This document shows, in pieces, positions 59,001 through 64,000 of a stretch of 64,000 nucleotides of DNA. Position 1 is the first letter of the stretch. Each line of letters starts with the position of its first letter. Where the stretch lies: positions 108,872,001-108,936,000 of the forward strand of contig OX597821.1 of NCBI GenBank assembly GCA_951406725.2, written 5' to 3'. The notes under the pieces were generated by a model, which saw nothing but the letters and a program-made list of their open reading frames with translations, had not been told where the DNA came from and searched no databases. The position numbers and the translations under genes are program-made. The DNA is from Octopus vulgaris. Its lineage: Eukaryota.

Positions 59001-59939
59001 TAACATAGCTACTGCAACCACCATTAGTAAGAAATAGCCCAAACAGCAAAAATAGCGAGCAACATGAGCTAAAGCAGTCATACCGAGAGTAGTAGTGCCG
59101 TCACCACCACCACCAACAACAACAACAACAGCAACAACAACATCAGCAGCAGAATGGATATGGTGGATGTGGACGAGGGCAACAATGAAGGCCAACAGCA
59201 GCATGAATAACAGAAAGATAAGCAAGGATTAACAACGGAGACTACAGCAGCAGCAGCAGCGGCAACAGTAACAACAACAACAACTGTTAAATGAATAACG
59301 AAGAGGAGGTCAAAGACAGCAGCGACGACCATCTGCAGCATGAACAGCATCGATGCAAGACTAGAAGCAACAACAGCAGTGGAGGCGCCAATGGCCCGGT
59401 GGTTAGGGCAGCGAACTCGCGGTCAGAGGATCGCGGTTTCGATTCCCAGACTGGGCGTTGTGTGTGTGTTTATTGAGCGAAAACACCTAAAGCTCCACGA
59501 GGTTCCGGCAGGGGGTGGTGGCGACCCCTGTTGTACTCTTTCTCCACAACTTTCTCTCTCTCTCTCTCTTTCTTCCTGTTTTTTGTCCCCCAACTTCCTA
59601 CGCAACCGCTGAGCCTGGATGCGCATTCATCCATCCATCCGCCGATGCTCTCAGTGTCGGGGGTTGACCTGCTTTCCCTTCTGCGGGTCTTACGAATAGC
59701 AAAGGACCACGTTTCGGACTTCTCCCACTCGCGTGCTCTAGGACGAAGACCGTTCGCTCAACTGCAACAGCAACAGCAACAGTTGATAGTAACGTTAACA
59801 GCAGGAGCAACAACAGTTATTTATACAAATCAGACAATGAACGTCTATGCCACCTTAGGATTGAAGGTGGCAGAAATCATATTTCACTTGAAATGTCCTC
59901 TCAAGCAACCATCACCGAGTTTAGAGTGGATATAACAGA

Positions 59940-60514
59940 CGAATGCCATATTTGTCATGTGAATTTGGTTGAACGATATTTCGGCATCTAGTGTGCCTTC
60001 CACAGATTCAAATATCACATGTCAATCCACTTCATTTCTTTTTTTTTCTGTCAGGATTGCACAGGACTGAGGTAACTCCTCCAGAAATTATAGAGAAATA
60101 AATACAAGAATACCATAATCATCTTGTGACATTGGTTGAATGATATTTTAGCAACTAGCGTGTCTTCCACAGGTTCAAAAATTACATGTCAGTCTACTTA
60201 ATTTTTTTTTTTTTTTTTTTTTTTTGTTAAGGTTATATAGGACTGAGGTAACTCCTCCAGAAATCATAGAGAAATAGATAATGGAGTGCCATAGTTATCC
60301 TGTAAAATTGGTTGAACGATATTTTGGCATCTAACGTGCCTTCCACAGGTTCGAAAATCACATGTCAATCAACTTCTTTTTTATTTTTCTTTTGTTAAGA
60401 TCTTATAGGACTGAGGTAACTCCTCCAGAATTTCACTGGATAACTATGGCACTCTTCTATTTATTTCTCTATAACTTCTGGAAGAGTTATCTCAGTCCTG
60501 TATAATCTTAGCAA
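59940..60514 (-). mobile_element. Third retrozyme-like array (~3 diverged units of ~167-176 bp plus inverted arm at 60438-60514)
   Basis: ggactgaggtaactcctccagaa and ttggttgaa..ttccacag each recur three times. The terminal ~77 bp is the reverse complement of the unit. Confidence 0.65.
59969..60011 (-). ncRNA. Hammerhead-like motif with CUGUGGA core (decayed copies at 60136-60178 and 60312-60354)
   Basis: Minus strand reads UUGAAU-CUGUGGA-A-GGCA(CACUAGA)UGCC-GAAA-UA-UC/GUUCAA, with an outer CAUGUGA/UCACAUG extension of stem I. Confidence 0.5.
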
Positions 60515-60558
60515 CAACAACAACAACAACAACGATGATAATAATAATAATAATAATG

Positions 60559-60604
<46 letters not shown>

Positions 60605-60636
60605 TAATAATAACAATAACAATAATAATAATAATG

Positions 60637-60699
<63 letters not shown>

Positions 60700-60702
<3 letters not shown>

Positions 60703-61231
60703 CCCTGATGCAGTACCAGGCAGTGGCTCTCCTGGCTTCTGATCTTAACTAATTGGAACTGTTATCATGTGCATTGTTTTGTCTTGGTATAAAAGATGGG
60801 CTACAGTAAATATTCTGCTCAATACCACAGATTTGCTTGTCAGTTGTTTGACCTTAACTAGTTGACCATGTACCTTTGCGGCTGAAGATGTGTGCATTTT
60901 TGCTCACGAGCAGAAGTATTGGGGGCGCATCATAGCCGAGTGTGGATAGGAATTCTTGGAGGTTTGGATAATTCACCTTTGGGAACATGAGTGGTTCGTT
61001 CAACATCCTTAATCCTTATTCAGCAACGTTTTGAGCGGAATGCTCTACTCGACCAGAAGAAAATTCAAACTGGGCCCCACCTGCAAGATCATGCGCTCTT
61101 TATCTTGATATGAGATCACCATGTCGCGCACATATGGTTGTGATGCATGTGCTTAGTGTACCCTTATCAGACGAGAAGTCATGATGGGCATACTGGGCTT
61201 CGTATATTTTACCCCAGTGTCTCTCTCACTC
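60700..61231 (+). mobile_element. Family D copy
   Basis: atgccctgatgcagtacc...ctcactc, flanked by (TAA)n. Confidence 0.75.
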
Positions 61232-62009
61232 AATAATAAAAATAATAATAATCCCTTATACTAAAGGCACAAGACTTGAAATTTTGGGTGGTGGAGCCAG
61301 TCGATTACATCGACCCCAGTATGCAAAAGTTACTTAATTTATCGACCCTCGAAAGGATGAGAGACAAAGTCAACATCGGCGGAATTTGAACTCACGAAAT
61401 GCCGCTAAGTATTTCGTTCCGCATGCTAAGGATTCTGCCAGCTCACCCCCCTTAGTTACAATAATAAGAACAATAACAACAACAACATTGGTGGCAATAA
61501 CAACAATGTCGATATTGGAGAGAGAGAGAAAAAGGAATGGTATAGCAAAACGGCGGAACAAATGCGACAACAAATAAGAGCAAATTAAGCAACAACAACC
61601 TCAACAAGAAGAAGAACAATGCCAAATCATTTCACAAATAAAACACCAAAAAGTATTTTAAAAAAAACAAAACCAACAGCAACAATCACAACAACATTAG
61701 CGATTATGACAGCAAGAGAATATAAGGGCATGGCAACAGTAACGACATGAAAAATAACAAGAAATACCTCTCTGAAACCATTAGCAGCACTCAAGAGAAG
61801 AAAAATATACAGATTGAAGAATCAAAATTCACCACCACCCAACTAGAGAGTCGGAGACAAAGAGTGGCATTTTGAACGAAACACGTATGTGGTCACATAC
61901 ACAGACACACACACACACACACACACGCATGCGCAAACAAACAAACATATACACCTATACACACAAGTTCTTGCAATGCATACATGCGTAGATATATGTA
62001 TATATAAAA

Positions 62010-62087
<78 letters not shown>

Positions 62088-62137
62088 GTATATATATTGT
62101 ATTCATGTATATACACACATACATACATACATACATG

Positions 62138-62196
<59 letters not shown>

Positions 62197-62577
62197 TATA
62201 AATGGATGTATGGATATAGATATATACAAACAGAACATCAACATTGGCGTGCCAATGACGGCGAAGTCGCTTTTCTTCTGATATCCTGATAACTTTTTTG
62301 CACACACATGCACGCACACACACACATACACACACTCACATACGAACACACACATTCATTAACAAATATCCTTTAACATATACACAGTAATTCACATATA
62401 TATATGCATAACCGATAACTCACTGTCCCTGCTTTTCCATATCTGTCTTTCTCTGTCACTCACTCTCTCTCTCTCTTTCTCTATCCATCTATCTATTTCT
62501 CTATACGCAGCTATACAGATATACAGAGATAGAGGTGAAGATACATACATACATACATACATACATACATACATACA

Positions 62578-62611
<34 letters not shown>

Positions 62612-62779
62612 CATACATATACATATATATACATATATATAAACATATAGTCGTAAAAGAATTATTGATAACGAACATAACTTACGCACCGATACAAAGC
62701 GAATGAAGGCAGATAACCCTTATTAATCCCCTATTATCTATCTAAAAGTAAATATAACACCTTCAAAAGTAATTACGCT

Positions 62780-63493
62780 ATGAATACTAGTAAAAATATT
62801 TGGTTAATAATTCCTTACGGGAGACAAATTAAATCTAATCTCCCACTGCTGTTTCGTCAAGCTATTGCTAGGAATTTTCCAAACAATTCTAGATATTACT
62901 CTATAATCAATTCACATAAGGTTAGGATAGGTTTTTCAAACACAAAAAATCTCTTGCAAATTATCTCTTCTCATAATAACAAACTGTTAAATATTAATAC
63001 ATTTACTAATACTAACATTAATTTAGCTAATACCATCCAACCCTCTAGAAATATTAATAACAAGGTTATTGTATCTGAAGTCAATTCCAATAGAATTAAG
63101 TTTATGTCAAGTAACTCTAAGATTAAAAATTCTATATACCAGTGTATAATCAGTATTCGTAATAAAGTACGATTTTACATTGGAAGCACATCGTTAGAGT
63201 TATCTAAAATAATTTCTATCCATTACTCAACATTTAGGGATAGAAATAAACGGAATAGTACCGGTCTCAGCAAACTGATTTGGGATTTAAAAGACCACAA
63301 TGAACAATTTCATTTAGAATGGTTGATCCTCTCAATTTCGATACCATCTGACAAAGGCAAGAAATTCTGTCTTTTCTGCAATTCTGAGCTATTTTTCATT
63401 ATTTTTTCTAAAAATACTCTAGTAAACACGGTTATAGAGCAAGCATACAGATGTAAGCATTGGCAAAAACATACATTTAGTGCATATAAGTAA
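62780..63493 (+). CDS. Penelope-like element C-terminus with GIY-YIG endonuclease (5'-truncated)
   Basis: IYQC...FYIGST, T.LSK.IW.LK and C..C..E...N...E...C.H motifs, typical of PLE GIY-YIG ends. Confidence 0.8.
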   Translation: MNTSKNIWLIIPYGRQIKSNLPLLFRQAIARNFPNNSRYYSIINSHKVRIGFSNTKNLLQIISSHNNKLLNINTFTNTNINLANTIQPSRNINNKVIVSEVNSNRIKFMSSNSKIKNSIYQCIISIRNKVRFYIGSTSLELSKIISIHYSTFRDRNKRNSTGLSKLIWDLKDHNEQFHLEWLILSISIPSDKGKKFCLFCNSELFFIIFSKNTLVNTVIEQAYRCKHWQKHTFSAYK

Positions 63494-63694
63494 TCTCTAT
63501 CATTATATATAATTTAAACTTTAAATTCCTTTATATTTAACATTCACTATTAATATCCCTACTCTTTCTGTTAGCTACTTATGACGTTATAACATATAAC
63601 GTTTTTTTAAACAATATTAATAGCGTTCTGTCTATCGCTATATAAATCCATCATTTTTTGCTAAAATGTCTTATTGACGAGTTTCGTTTTTTTC

Positions 63695-63780
63695 ACTTTC
63701 CTGAGGAGAAGATTGCATTGTTTATACCATTTATTCTTTTGAATAGTATCAGTGGAATTTTCGAAACATGTGTCGAAAGT
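63695..63780 (+). ncRNA. Hammerhead ribozyme in a Penelope pseudo-LTR; predicted cleavage after 63774
   Basis: ACUUUC-CUGAGGA-GAAGAUU...AAUUUUC-GAAAC-AUGU-GUC/GAAAGU, ~200 nt downstream of the GIY-YIG stop codon. Confidence 0.8.
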
Positions 63781-64000
63781 AAAAATATTTGATTACACCT
63801 GCGTTAACTCCATTTTTTTATTCATATTATTCAAAATATTCAACGTAAACACGAAGTTTCTACCTTTATAAACAAGGAGTTACAACACCTTTACTTGTGA
63901 GATTTTTGCTGCCCTGGTAACTATTTATTTATTTTTCCGTGTTAATTGTTAATACACTCATCTATTTATAATACAAATATATATATATATATATATATAA

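Noticed and set aside
58453-59225. Pro-rich extensin-like and Gly/Cys-rich keratin-associated-like ORFs
   Set aside because: Translations of a degenerate (CCA/CAA)n microsatellite, open in several frames on both strands.

Overview
AT-rich, microsatellite-saturated animal genomic DNA. The repeat repertoire (tRNA-derived SINEs with Nin/Deu-like cores, R4/Dong LINEs, Penelope-like elements, mariner) is typical of an octopus/coleoid cephalopod; this is inferred, not proven. No host protein-coding gene is recognisable, and most ORF-track entries are translated simple repeats. Identifiable coding remnants are all transposon-derived: Penelope RT (37938-39212, -), Penelope GIY-YIG (62780-63493, +), R4/Dong RT/RLE pieces, a Tx1/L1 C-terminus and a mariner fragment. 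The main discovery is a young, non-coding tandem array of ~359-bp units (21285-23006). Each complete unit carries a type I hammerhead ribozyme with a compensatory U3-A8 core inside a long rod-like stem, so the array is a non-LTR retrozyme / circRNA-like element. It ends in a fold-back inverted arm that begins 1-3 nt from the predicted self-cleavage site. Two unrelated, older arrays (352-bp unit at 32.8-33.4 kb with a 12-bp TSD; ~170-bp unit at 59.9-60.5 kb) share the same tandem + minus-strand hammerhead + inverted-arm architecture. Several Penelope-type fold-back remnants also contain minimal hammerheads. All structures were read by eye and none were computed.
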